Made by a program: the position numbers and the translations under genes. From contig CM007992.1 of assembly GCA_002189035.1 (NCBI GenBank), positions 434,001-498,000 on the forward strand: 64,000 nucleotides of DNA, in the 5' to 3' direction. Positions 14,820 to 28,145 of this stretch are shown here, piece after piece; positions within the stretch are counted from its first letter, which is position 1; every line of letters starts with the position of its first letter. The stretch comes from Utricularia gibba (Eukaryota > Plantae > Magnoliophyta). Below the pieces are notes generated by a model. It searched no databases. It saw only the letters and a list, made by a program, of their open reading frames with translations, and was not told where the DNA came from.

Positions 14820-16610
14820 ATGGAGGATCAGCCTAACTTGCCATTCAGAGTTGGAGATGAGGCAGAAATCAAGTCCTTTGTGGAAGGATTTCGTGGTGCA
14901 TGGTTTCGATGCAAGGTAGTATATTGTTCACAGCTGATTTTCGTGAGATGTTGTTTGATCTTGATGGAGAAGCATGAAACCCTACAACCTGTTAACTTCT
15001 GTTACTGCGTCTTCCAATCCACTGAGCAGAAAGACATAGGTTCTATTGCAGTTGGTTAAGTTTAAGTTCGTTTCCATGCCATCTTGTCTTTTAACCTGCT
15101 GTTTTAAAACTGGTAGGATTCCATACATCTGAGTGGGATGTCTTTTGTTTTCACAGGTTGCAGGCATACGAGTGAATGAAGGAGCTTATGAGCATTACAC
15201 TGAGTACCTTGACTTCCCTGATGAAAGTAAGCATCTGCATGTCTTTATTTACTGCTCTTAATCTGATCTCTTACTCTTTAAACCATATGATTAGAATTGC
15301 TCATTGTTTCTGAACCACATTTCGAAAAATCCAAAGACCAAATTTTGAAATCTTAGGGAATCAAACTGAAATGAATTAGAGGTATACTGAATACCGAAAT
15401 ACTGAAAAAGAACTTGGTATCAGTTCAGGGAAATCTGTATACTGATTTCTATAACCTGTTATGAAGGAATGAAATGGGAAAAGATGTATGAAGTGGTGCC
15501 CTATCCTGTTCGGGGAGGTCAGGAGATGAGCACAAAGAGCTCATGCTACGGCCAAGCTATCCACCTATTCTCTATAAAGAACAAATGGGCGATGCTGGTT
15601 CGATATCGCAGGTATCAGTGATCGTTAATCGTAAATGGAAGGTTGGTGATTTGGTTGACTGGTGGACGGACAACTCCTACTGGACTGCCCATATAACAGC
15701 GATATTGAGTGACGACAAGGCTCAGGTAGTAACAAGCTCCCTCTTCTTGAAGGTATAGTCAGATATCTGTATAACAGGGGTAGCCATTGTTATCTTCTTT
15801 AGATTGAGCTGCTGCGGCCACCTTTAGGTGAAGGCTCATTCTATGAAGCTTTTCTGAAGGACGTACGTCCCTCATTGCAATGGTCTCCAAAACGGGGGTG
15901 GCAACTACCACCTCAGGTTCGCATGTTTCTCATCGCATTCAATTATAATGTATCAGACACATTCCCTTATACCTGCCGCCATTTCATATGTCCTGGACTC
16001 ACCACTGTCTTGTGCTGCATTTCAGAGAAAAAGCAGACGGAAACCTTGTGCTTCGCTGGTTAAGCCTGCCAGTGAAGGTGAGATAGTTGCTTAGCTTCAC
16101 CAGTTCTGCAACCTTCCAGCAGATCCTTGCTTCAGTGATGTTGTGAACATTGCAGTTTCTGGCCGGCGGCGACCTAAAAGGACGCATCAAGAAGCCGACG
16201 CGGCTGTGGAGGCGATCTCGTCCAATTTGGTATCCAACTCAGATGATGCCGAGGACACACACCCTTCCATGTCGAAAGACTCCCAAGAAGCCACCAAGTT
16301 CGCCCCAGGAGAAAGCACGAACACGACTTCCGCACACGCTAGTGCGTGTGTGGTCGAAACCAGGGTTCAGGCGGAAGGCGCCATGGCCTGCAATAGAGAC
16401 ACACCGGATAAAACACTCGCTCTCCGGCCCTCCCAATGCGACTCCGCCGAGGCGGCTGTCACTGCTTTGCAGCGGTGTTTGAACAGGGTTAAACACCTCC
16501 GGGCACTCATCCTGAACCGCAAGTCGTCTCCGGTCGGCGCACCGCCGCGATGGAAGTTCGTACTCCCCGACGATCCTTATAATGATCCGGATATCCCGAG
16601 GCCGTCCTGA
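14820..16610 (+). CDS. Agenet/plant Tudor-like domain protein (one apparent frameshift at G4, 15512-15515)
   Basis: LPFRVGDEAEIKSFVEGFRGAWFRCK, EYLDFPDE, ELMLRPSYPP, WKVGDLVDWWTDNSYWTA and C-terminal PPRWKF. The exon 3 frame is restored by adding one G. Confidence 0.75.
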
Positions 16611-16743
16611 GCCTTGTTCCTCTGTTCATAATTTTCAAGTCCTTTTTTTTTTCTGATTTACGTTGAATAAATAAATCATGGTAAAAAAAAAAAAATTATA
16701 ATTGAACGAATAATAAAAAAAAATGGAAAATACAAAATGATAT

Positions 16744-16767
16744 AGCCGCCGGCTTCCCCATCACGTG
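16744..16767 (+). promoter_or_regulatory. GCC-box (AGCCGCC) and G-box (CACGTG) 11 bp apart, about 1.1 kb upstream of the Csl gene
   Basis: Exact motif matches at 16744-16750 and 16762-16767 in a small GC-rich patch. Function is inferred. Confidence 0.35.
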
Positions 16768-17878
16768 TTATTTTACGCCCGCCACGCACGACCGGGCCCC
16801 ACCACTCACGTTCGACAATCACATGCTTTTCCCTGTTTGGGACGACAATTTCTTTTCTTTTTCTTTTTTCAAAAGAATTTATTCGAATTAGGGCATTAGA
16901 TGCTCCATTTATTTCCTAATTAGTCTAATTAAATATAATTTGGAATTGAATCCTTTTTACAATACTCGATTTAATAAATTTTAATTATATTTCAAAATGT
17001 TTTAATTATATAAAAATTAATAGTTAAATAAATTGAATTGAATTGAATCTATGATTTTAAATAATAAATAAACTTTAAAATGTCAAAAATATTTTTTTAA
17101 TTATAAATGGGAACCCTTCGACTCTTCAGTCGTGCTTGTACGACTATAGAGACCAGGCTTTGGACTGGATGCTTTAATATGTGCCAAATACTTGGTACCA
17201 TTCTTCATTATAATTTTGGACTTTGTCTCCGTCCTTTTAGTATACCATACTCTACAACTGAGTACTTTGGTACCTAAATCTTAATAAATATTACTCGATA
17301 ATTAATTTTATATAAACTTTTGATATCATATCTTTCAAACTGTGATGATTCATCTAACAAATAAGAACTAATCGTCAATATCTTCAAGACCATCGACGAT
17401 TAAATCAAAAATTGACTTTAGTAAATATAAAGAATATAGTAATTTTATTTACATGTTTGATTATATTTTTACTTTAATCTTAAATTAATTAGATAGATAG
17501 GAAATTACGCATTTCTTGAAGATATAGTAGCTACACAGATGAGATTTATACTCGTATGATTATTTGAATACTACACGAACGTTGGTTATACATAATTGAT
17601 AACTTTGTAGCATTCGGACAAGAGAGTTGTCCTAAATATGATTATTTGGATTATTTGTTGTGTTATGGTATGGGAATTTAATAATTGCATTTACCATTTC
17701 ATCTTAATGATTGGATGTCGTATTTTAATGATTTTTTGTGATAAAAAGTATATAAATAATAATAATATTATTTTTTTTTTTGTTCTATCGGGTGGTGGAG
17801 GGTCTATAAAGGTTGGGAGGGGACTGCGTCTGTAACTGATTTTGCTTTTGGTTTCGGAGGGCAAGGAGAGCGGAAGCC

Positions 17879-20800
17879 ATGGCTGCCCCTTCGCTCCCAC
17901 TCAACGTTCGCCGCGTGCGGACTGGGAACCTGATCATCAACAGGCTCCACATGCTATTCAATGGCGTTGCAATTTTGGCAGTTTTGTACTACAGGGCGAC
18001 GGCTTTCTTGCGCATAATCGAAACCCGGGAAACTCCGTTGGTCCCTTTTCTTGTCGTCGTTTTCGCTGAGATTGTCCTCACTTTTCTCTGGGTTCTTTAC
18101 CAAGCGTATCGGTGGAGACCGGTGAAGCGATATGTTTACCCGGAGAGGTTGCCGGAAGACGAGAGGCTTCCTGCAGTTGATGTGTTCATATGCACTGCGG
18201 ATCCGAGTAAAGAGCCTTCCATAGGGGTGATGAACACTGTTTTGTCGGCTATGTCGCTTGATTATCCGCCTGATAAGCTTGCGGTGTATCTTTCTGATGA
18301 TGGAGGTTCTTATGTGACTTTAGCCGCCATGCGTGAAGCTTGGAAATTTGCGAGGTTTTGGGTTCCTTTTTGTCGAAAGTATGAGGTTAAAATACGGTAC
18401 CCAGACACTTATTTCACTGTAGCCGAAAGCGCGGATCAGAAATTCGTTGGGAACACCGAGTTCCAGGCTGAGAAGAAGATAATTCAGGTTGGCGATCGTG
18501 GCGAAAAATTCGTTATTTGGGAATAGCATTTCCTTGATTCCCAAGTCTTGAACTTTAGGAATTTCTTCACGAAGTGGGGAACTCTGTTTTTGCTGGTTAA
18601 GTAAACTCGGTGTCGTATCTGGAGAACTTTAGGACTTTAAATAAATTGATTCCCCTTGGATGAGAATGCCTTTGGTTTACTGCAGGAAAAATACAAGGAA
18701 TTAGAGGAGGCACTAGAAAGGAATTCAGTCAATGCCAAAGCCTCTGTCAGCCGAGATCATCCACCCACCATCGAGGTCAAGAGTTATTAATTAAGAAATA
18801 TAGTTCATCGACTTCATGGGATTTTCGATTTTATTTAATTTCGCATCTTCGTTGTTTTTAGTAGAATCTCATGAAATTCCAGTAAACTTAGGCAGAGGAT
18901 CTACCGCACAATAAGGCCTGTATCAGTTACCAACCGAACCATATTGGTGTTGAATTGAAACCATGAGTTTATGTACTTCACAAATGTGTTGGCAGTCCCA
19001 TGTTTCTTGCGTCATAAAAAGTCACTGGGGAATGGAGTACAGTGGTTTTTGTTATTCTTTGTGTATTATAGCTTCTTTGCTATTCATGAGAAAAAAAAGG
19101 GGGTCCATAGCTTATATAATGAATCAACAGGTGATGGCTGATGATAATAAGGAACTGAACCTGAAGGAAATGCCACTTCTCGTTTATGTTTCGCGTGAGA
19201 AACGGCCAGGGCATTCACACCATTTCAAAGGTGGAGCACTCAATGTTCTGGTAAAGTTCTTTGTATCTCGATCTAGCATTCCTGGGTTGATTTACGAATT
19301 CATGTGATTTGTTACATACTCTAACTTGCTTCCATGTCTTTGATGCATACCTTGGTAGTAGTTATGTGATTGTGATATATGTTTTCTTGCACTTGCTTCC
19401 TTTGTTTCCATGTCTTTGATGCACACCTTGGTAGCAGCTATGTGATTGTGATATATGTTTGCTTGCACTTGCTTCCTCTCAAGCCCATCCCTCTCTATTC
19501 GTGTCTACTGCCTTAATTTTCATGCTGGTTGCTTCAAAATGTCCTGCAGCTCCGTGTGTCAGCGGTTATCACCAATGCTCCATACTTTTTAGTGCTGGAC
19601 TGTGACATGTACTGCAACGATCCCACATCCGCTCGTCAAGCAATGTGCTTTTATTTGGACCCTGAATTATCTCCTCAGATTGCATGGGTTCAATATCCAC
19701 AGAAGTTCCGTGATGTCAGGGAGCATGATATTTACTCTGGAAAGCTGAATGCCATTTGGGTATTGACTACTATAACATGGGTTTACTCAGCTTCTACGCT
19801 TTAGAAATTCCTGCTGATTTATTCTCTTGTACGTATGCAGAGACTCGGTTTGGGACTAGATGGGCTGAGAGGACCTTCAATCTACGGCTGCAACTTTTTC
19901 ATGACAAGGGAAGCAATCTATGCAACTGACAGAAAACAGAAGGGTACTCGGTTTATATATGAAATTTGTATTCACTTGCTGAAACTATGGCCTTACCATA
20001 TAAGTGATACTTGTTTGTATCCAACATTTTTCAGATATTGATGTCAACTTACTGAAGAAGACCTTTGGTTCTAGCAACGAGTTCATCAGATCAATAAACA
20101 TAAATCACAGACCAGATTTTCCAGATGACCGAAGGGCATCTGATGCATTGCAAAAGGAGCTCCAACTTCTGGCTTCTTGTACATATGATGAGGGCACACT
20201 ATGGGGAGTAGAGGTAACATTGCACCTACATTCATTGACTGAAACTCTTAATCACTCAAAATATGTGTGCAGGCAGGGTATCAATACTTCACCGTTGTCG
20301 AGGATTCCATCACCAGCCTTCTTTTACACTGCAAGGGATGGATATCCGTCTACAATGACCCTGATAAACCATGCTTCCTGGGTTCTTCCCCTGCAAACCT
20401 AAACGATATGTTGGTCCAACAGACAAGATGGTCTTTTGGCTTGATGCAAATCGGCCTGTCTAAATTTTCTCCTCTTATTTATGGACCACCACGAATGTCA
20501 ATCCTTCAAAGCATGTGCTACGGTGTTCTGATACTTGAAGCCTTCTATGTTTTCCCCTTTTACATTTTAGCCATTATCCCTGCTATTGGTCTGGTTGCCG
20601 GAATTCCCCTGTTTCCCAAGGTTAGTAGACGTGAACCATGTCCAGCTTTTCTTCTACTTTCATACCACTTGTATATAGCTGACTTGCTATGATATTGAAC
20701 AGGTTTCCGATCCCGTCTTCATTGCTTATGCCTTCATATTCCTGTCATCGCAACTCAAGCATGTGTACGAAGTGATATCTTATGGAGGAGACACACTCAT

Positions 20801-21248
20801 GACCTCGCTATATGAACTCAGGGTCTGGATGATGAAGTGTGGAACCTGTTACTTCTACGCAACTCTAAATGCAGCTCTGGACAGGCTGGGATTACATGAA
20901 GCAAGCTTCACCCTGACCAACAAAGCAATCGACGAAGAGCAGGCGAGGCGCCAGCAACTCGGAATATACGACTTCCAAGCATCACCAGGCATCCTCATCC
21001 CACTCTGCAGCTTGTACATCATCAACCTGGTTGCTTTCCTTGCCGGCATCATAAGGATCTACCAAAAGGGGGATGATCTTTTCGCTCAAGCGGTTCTTGT
21101 TGCCTTCGGGGTCATCACCAACTACCATTTGCTTGATGGGATGTTTCTCAGGAATGACTCCGGCCGCATATCGCCGTCGGTCACTCTGCGTTCAGCTTTG
21201 ATCACTGCTGTTATCCTGGGCGGCGGATTCATCCTTTTCTGGGTTTAG
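17879..21248 (+). CDS. Cellulose synthase-like protein, CslM/CslG-like (CSyGT-clade GT2), 8 exons
   Basis: [49 protein letters not shown] and QQTRW give an intact D,D,D,QxxRW motif. It has N- and C-terminal TM helices and a short plant-conserved region. Confidence 0.92.
19330..19477. repeat. Tandem duplication (72-bp unit, period 76, 4 mismatches) inside Csl intron 3
   Basis: ttccatgtctttgatgca...cttgcacttgcttcct occurs at 19330-19401 and 19406-19477. Confidence 0.9.
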
Positions 21249-22070
21249 GCTGCTGTCGATCCTTAGCATCCCATGCTGCCTTGCAACACTGATCAACTAT
21301 GATTCAAATAATTTTAGTGCAAGTTCTGTTTTTTCGAATCGCAATCAACACAACATTCAAAGCTTTATTTTGCGAATCGCCGTCTCCATGACGTTCAAAG
21401 TTCTACTTTGCAACACGAATCTTGAAGACTTGGAAAAAAAAAATCTGCAACTTGTATACTGGTAGGCCACCGAACCCCAGTCTTATCACTTTTCTTGGCG
21501 CAACAAGGAAATTAAAATTAAGTGTGAAAGGGGAGTTTTTTTTTCTTTAGCAGCGTTCAAAAATATAAACACAGTGGAGAAGATATTAAAGATTGTATCT
21601 TGAATTTGAGTGTACTTTTTGGGGGGCGACAGGGCGGCTAAGTGCTCTTCCATCGCTAGCCGTGGATATCTACGCCGTCCTTCTGGCTCGGCTCTCGATG
21701 TCCTGTACCTTGCGTATCAACAAACCTACTTCTTTCTTGAATGCCACGGCTTTTATTGTCTAGCCTCCGTTGTGGAGTAATGGTGGGTCTTGGGTGTTGA
21801 TCTTCGTTTCGAAAGCCTGGCTTTTGGGATTTCGTGTTATGGGTTTATTAGTTTATTTTGGAGCTCTGGGGCAGTGTTTCTCAGATGATCGTATTAAGGC
21901 GTTTCTGGGTGCGCCGGAGCTGGACAAAATTATGTCCGCATCAGCGCGGGGATGAGATCTAAATATCGATGAGCCTAGAATTTGTGTCGTCAGGTCTGCC
22001 TTTGAAGTTAATTTCCCTTTTTTTCCATTCGAAACCTCTATCGTATCATCTGAAGAGCATTTTTGAACTG

Positions 22071-22152
22071 ATGGCTTCACTGTAGCCATTGCTGCTCCTG
22101 CGAGGGCCGGCTGTTGGTAGCTAAAACTGATTGGATGAAACGCCTTGGGTGA
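22071..22152 (+). promoter_or_regulatory. Two minimal uORFs in the ethylene-receptor leader (MASL* and MKRLG*)
   Basis: ATG GCT TCA CTG TAG at 22071-22085 and ATG AAA CGC CTT GGG TGA at 22135-22152. The second ends 1 nt before the main ATG at 22154. Confidence 0.55.
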
Positions 22153-22153
22153 A

Positions 22154-24517
22154 ATGGTGAAGGCATTGGCATCTTGGGTATTGTTTTCGTTGCAATTATT
22201 TGCAATCTTGGCTTCTGAAAATGGTGACCTTCACTGTAACTGCGAGGTGGAGGGATTCTGGAGCATCGAAAACATGATGGAGTTTCAAAAAGTTAGTGAT
22301 TTATTGATTGGTGTTGCCTACTTCTCCATTCCCATTGAGCTGCTATGCTTTCTTAGCTCTTCCAACGTTCCATTCAAATGGGTGCTTGTCGAGTTCATTG
22401 CATTCATTGTGCTCTGTGGAATGACTCATTTCCTCAACTTCTGGACATATGGACCTCACTCTTTTCAGCTTGTGCTTGCTCTCACTGTCTTCAAGTTTCT
22501 CACAGCCATGGTTTCCATTGCAACTGCCATAACACTTGTAACTGTTATCCCATTGTTGCTTAAAGTTAAAGTGAGAGAGTTTATGCTGAGGAAGAAGGCT
22601 TGGGATCTTGATCGTAAGATCAGCATCAGAAAGAAGGAGAAAGAAGCTGCTTTACATGTCAGGATGTTAACACATGAGATCAGGAAGTCTCTTGATAGGC
22701 ATACTATACTACACACCACCTTGGTTGAACTCTCTAAGATGCTGGAACTGAAGAACTGTGCTGTTTGGATGGCTAATCCAGCGAAAACTGAGATGTGCCT
22801 GACTCATGAGTTGAATAGAAGTACGTTTTCAAACTTCCGAGGAACAACTATCCCAATCGATGATCCGTATGTTCGAGAGATCGAGGCGAATGATGGAGCC
22901 AGAGTTCTTGATCCGGATTCTTCCCTTGCTGTTGCAAGCAATGGAATTGGTGAAATGGGGTCTGTGGCTGCAATAAGAATGCCACTCTTGAAGGTGTCCA
23001 ACTTCAAAGGTGGGACACCTGAGATGGTTCCAGCTTGCTATGCACTTCTGGTTTTGGTGCTCTCAGATGGAGAAAGACGAAGGTGGAGCAACAAGGAGCT
23101 TGAGATCTTAAAGTCTGTTGCTGATCAAGTTGCTGTGGCTCTTTCCCATGCTTCGATTCTGGAAGAATCTCGAAGCATGAGGGAGAAGCTTGTGCTTCAG
23201 AATCAAGCGCTGCAGCAAGCAAAGAGGGATGCACTAATGGCTACTCAAGCAAGGAATGCGTTTCAGATGGTAATGAGTAGTGGTTTAAGAAAACCAATGC
23301 ACTCAACTCGTGGTCTCTTGTCCTTGCTTCAGGATGAGAAGTTGAGCACTGAGCAACGCTTAGTCGTTGACTCAATGTTTAAAGCCAATGGTGTTCTCTC
23401 AGCTTTATTAACAGATTTGATGGATAGCTCTGAGAAGGATGGCGGATTATCCCCATTGGAGATGAGGCACTTTCAGCTGCATTCCACTATCAAAGAAGTG
23501 GCTTGCATATCCAAATGCATCTCTGCTTACAGGGGCTGTAGTTTCAAACTTGAAGTAGACAAATCATTGGAAGACAATGTCATAGGCGATGAAAAAAGAA
23601 TGTTCCAAGTCATTTTGCATATGGTGAGCACCTTGCTGAATGGGAGCAGAAGAGGTGGATTTCTTGTTCTCCGCATGCATCGAGCTTCTAGGACTCCTGA
23701 AACAAAAGGGAGTCGATGGAGATCGAGTTCATCCGACGGCTTTACATTCATCGAAGTCAATGTCAGCATCTCTCGCTCTGGCTTGCAACCGGAAGATGAT
23801 GCATCTCTAGTTATCCCTTTCAGCAGGCAGCATTCCTTCACACCGGTTGAACAGCACATGAGCTTCAATGCATGCAAGAAGCTTGTTCAGGTTCGCCTTT
23901 TTGCCATTTGATATCATTTAAGAATTCAGAGTCCATTTCACTGAACTTCTACTTTCTCAAATGAGCAGCTGATGCACGGAGACATGTGGGTTGCCTCCAG
24001 TTCAGAGGGGTTCGATGAAAGCATGGGGCTTGTGCTGCGGCTACAACTGCAGCCTACCATTGTTTCAGTCGCCCCAGATTATTATGATTCCTCAGACCAC
24101 ATTCCTTCAGATTCCATTTTGAGGGGTTTGCGAGTTCTTCTGGCTGATGCAGATGATATCAACAGGGCCGTCACAAGGAAACTGCTGGAGAGAATAGGCT
24201 GCATTGTTACTCCGGTTTCAACTGGATACCAGTGCATCAGTAATATTGGTCCAGCCATTTCATCATGCTGCCATGTTGTGCTCCTTGATCTCCAGTTGCC
24301 TGAGATTGATGCCTACGAAGTCACCATGAGAATCCATAAATTCCGGAGCCGGGGCTGGCCAGTGATTGTTGCTTTGAGCGCCAGTGACGATGTGGAAATG
24401 AGGGACAAATGCTCGCAGATGGGAATCAATGGTGTTATTCAGAAGCCAGGTACTTTCCAGGAGTTCGCTGATGAGCTTAAAAGGGTTTTGCTGCACAACA
24501 GTCCATTGGCCTCCTGA
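22154..24517 (+). CDS. ETR2: Ethylene receptor, subfamily II (ETR2-like), 2 exons
   Basis: Exons 22154-23890 and 23969-24517. It has a signal-like extra TM helix, IVLCGMTH copper-binding Cys/His, a GAF domain, a degenerate His-kinase and a receiver domain (LLDLQLP, KP). Confidence 0.94.
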
Positions 24518-26323
24518 AGGTTTTCACCCGAACCCCTTGTTCAAAGCTAACAAATCTTGTTTTTTGGAATTTATTACACAGAAGACCACACCAGGCTGCA
24601 TTTGTATGATGACCTTTTGTCTTCAATCCCAACATCACATACACTTCATTAGCCTTCGTTTTTTTGTCACTTTTCAAACTTTATGGTTGTATCTCATCTG
24701 CTGAATCTGCGTATTTTTGGAATACAAAATGTTAGCCAAACAATCCAAGGAGTTTCATCATGTAAAGAATGAACTGAAGCACCATGTTTTGCATGCTATT
24801 CTATGAGGTTTTGTTCCATTTCAAAGCTGCATGCGTTCTGGTGATGCTCATACCTGCTGATTCGCTCAGCTACTTCTCATTACGATTCATGATAGTTGAG
24901 CAACATCCACTTCGACAATTTTGAATCAACGAGCCAAGATTGCAACTTCAGGTTATTTCTCAATATGGGCTAGTGAACATGGGGCACATGAAGATGCTAC
25001 ACAAACCACTCAAAAAGAAAAGAAACCCGTTCTGCCGCTTGCCCTTCGCCTGAGTGTCGCGCAGAGAGACACACAGCCGTCCCCTTGCCGCCGTTGGGAG
25101 AAAAAAAAAAAAAACTGTCAATATGGTTTTGCAGAAGAGGAATCTCAGCCGCAGGATTAGGAATGGGTAAGTTTCAGGTGGTAGATCCAACAAGATTTAC
25201 CCACCGCATTTTCCAATTTCGAGCAAGGTAACAAAAGAAAAGTAAAAATTCTCCCTTTGGTCACCCCGGAAACTTTTCTCCTCAGGTTAACCGATTTCAT
25301 AGAACAGTTCAGAGGAAAAGAAGAAATGATCATGGAGTCCTCTGCAACCCGTAAAACAAGCAAATTCTAGGGGAAAAAATGAAAACAAATGGGGAGGATA
25401 CGCGAAGAAGACGCAAATGCTGCTAGAGCTTTCTCGCTACGATTTGAACCAGATGAAATATGCATACAGAAACGCCAAACTGAGGGTTCCCCAAACTCGC
25501 GCAACTGGTTCTAACCCACTAAAAAAGAGATGAAACTGAAAGCTTGCATATATATCCTTCCCATGCAGACAGGGCGTAGATCAATTCCGGGAAAGAAAAG
25601 GAAAATTCATTCGGCTACTTCCGGAGAGCTCCCACCACGCCGCCGTGAGGACTCGAGTTCCGGTTGGCGGACGAGGATTTTCAGCCGCCGCATTGGAACG
25701 GCGGAGTGCCGACTCGTGGTTATTTTCCCATTTAGATCCAAGGTAAAAAAAAAAATTAGAATCATAATAAAACCATTCTCTGTGGAATTTTTTGTGGGGG
25801 AGTTTAGATGAGTAGAAGCACCTGACTGAGAATCCAACAAGTGTTGGTAGTGAGGAAGGGAATGGAATGACTGTGAGATCTTCTTACAAGCATCAGATGC
25901 ATCAATCTTGTGCCAAGGAATATGGGAAAAGGAGCTCAGTATCTGCACAACTGCTCATCAGATTCTGCGCAACTTCACAACTACAGAAGTTGTAAGTCCA
26001 TTGAACAAGACTGTTAAGCTCATGGCTACTAGCATAAATCATGCATAAAGCTAGGAAACTCGACTGAAAAACCAGAGATCATGATGCAAGAATGATAATG
26101 TTGTCACATACTCAGAGCTTCACAGTACATATTCCTAGTACCTGGTACCCCTGGTGCAGTAGGCATATTCCCTTCAGTTATCTTATTCTGCACATAGTGC
26201 GTGTTCTCGATCTAAGAAGAGCATGAATCCGATGCTGTGATTCTCATTCCTTGATATATACTAACTGGAAATGGCTTAGCATGCAGTGATTTGTGAGTGG
26301 GGCAAGAATCAGCAACACAAACC

Positions 26324-28145
26324 ATGAAGGTAGCAGAAAGTTCAAAAGCTTACCGGCGTTTCATGCCTCATTTTCTGATGGTTGTAGCTCAGATAGGCTA
26401 CACCTTCTTGTATCTCATCACAGAGGCTTCCTTTAACCATGGGATGAATCCTGCTGTTTATGTAACTTACCGACATATTGTTGCCGGCCTGGTGATGCTG
26501 CCCTTTGCATATATATTTGAAAGGTCATATCAGCAGAGAGTTCAATATAGGAAAACAGCTGCTGTGTGATCTAATACTTCATGATAAAATGCAGGAAAGT
26601 TCATCCTAAAATGACACCACTGCTGTTCCTTGAGATAAGCATCCTCTCCCTTCTGGGGTAAAAGAATGGCCCGCCTCATGAATACATGATTTCCGTTATT
26701 CAAATGTGAAATCACAAAACGGCTAATGAGGTTGGGCTTTTGCAGGGTGAGCTTAACACTGAACATGTTCTTTGCAAGCTTGAGGTGCACCTCTCCAACA
26801 TTCCTGGCGTGCATGGTCAACACCATAGCTGCCTTGACATTTATATTTGCAGTAGTACTCAGGTAATACCATGTTTCGACCATAAGCACATGTATGAACT
26901 AAAATTGGAGAATTCTTGAAGCCATCTGCCAACAACTCTTGACTAAGTATACTCAACTTCTGAGTGCAGAATGGAGACTCTAAATGTTAGCAGCAAGCGT
27001 GGGATGGGAAAAATCCTAGGAACAGTCATCTCTTTGGCTGGTGTAATGACAATGACCTTGTACAAGGGACCTGCTTTACTAAACCAAGGACATGCACATA
27101 TTCACATGAAAGGGAACACAGCAGCTGACCAAAAAAATTGGTTGAAGGGCTCTATACTAACAGTAGCAAGCTGCATCAGTTGGTCTCTATGGTACATTAT
27201 GCAGGTTAACAAATCTTTCCGCTTACATGTTGCATATTTTATATGAAATGGAATTCAACAGGTTTTGAAAAGTGGGGCATGTATCAGAGACGACGAATGG
27301 CTCCTGAATGTTAGATCAGAGCTAATGATCCATGAGAAACTTGAAAAGAATAAAGAGCTTGTTATGAAAGAGTTGGCATTAGACTGTTGTTTCGGAGTTT
27401 ATTTTCCATGAAATGCGACTATATTTGCTTATTTTAAGCATCGATAACTATATAAAAAAGTGTTTTAGTAACTTACGATTCTGCTAATCTTTCAGGCATC
27501 TACACTAAAACGATTCCCAGCCCAGCTTTCATTGGCAACATGGATGAATTTTGTTGGAGCTGCACAATCCGCTGCATTCACAGTTATGATCCAACATAAA
27601 CCTGCTGCTTGGACTATTGGCTTCAACATTGATCTCTTCTCTACATTATACGGGGTATATTAATGAGCTGCACATAAAATATGCAGCATCAGCTGAAGAT
27701 GAAGCTGATATCCATTCTGTGATGACAGGGGATAGTAATTTCAGGCATGGCTACATTCATCCAACTGTGGTGCACAGAACAAAAGGGACCAGTATTTGTG
27801 ACAATGTTTAATCCGGTGTCTACATTGTTGGTGGCAGTCTTAGACTATTTCCTTCTCGGCTCTAACCTACATGTGGGGAGGTAAAGAAGACTAAACAATT
27901 TTGAATTTTTCACCAGCATTTTGAGCATTTACATCATAAGCAATCCGTCTTTGACTTCAGTGTATAGAATGAAACGTGAGGACTTACTATATGGTTTTTG
28001 CAGCATGGTAGGCGGCTTTCTAGCAATAGCTGGTCTGTACTTGCTGTTGTGGGGAAAAGAGCATGACAATAAGCAAGGAAAGAGTGATGTTGCTGGAAAT
28101 CCAGAATCTGTGGTATCTCATTCAGATAATTCCCTTGGAGTTTAG
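26324..28145 (+). CDS. WAT1-related / UMAMIT (EamA) transporter, 7 exons
   Basis: GMNPAVYVTYRH, SPTFLACMVNTIAALTF, KILGTVISLAG, WLKGSIL, KGPVFVTMFNP and GLYLLLWGK, all joined by in-phase GT-AG introns. Confidence 0.9.

Noticed and set aside
17105-17260. Moderately GC-rich patch in the Csl promoter, possibly a retroelement relic
   Set aside because: No LTR ends, PBS, PPT or coding similarity that I can support.
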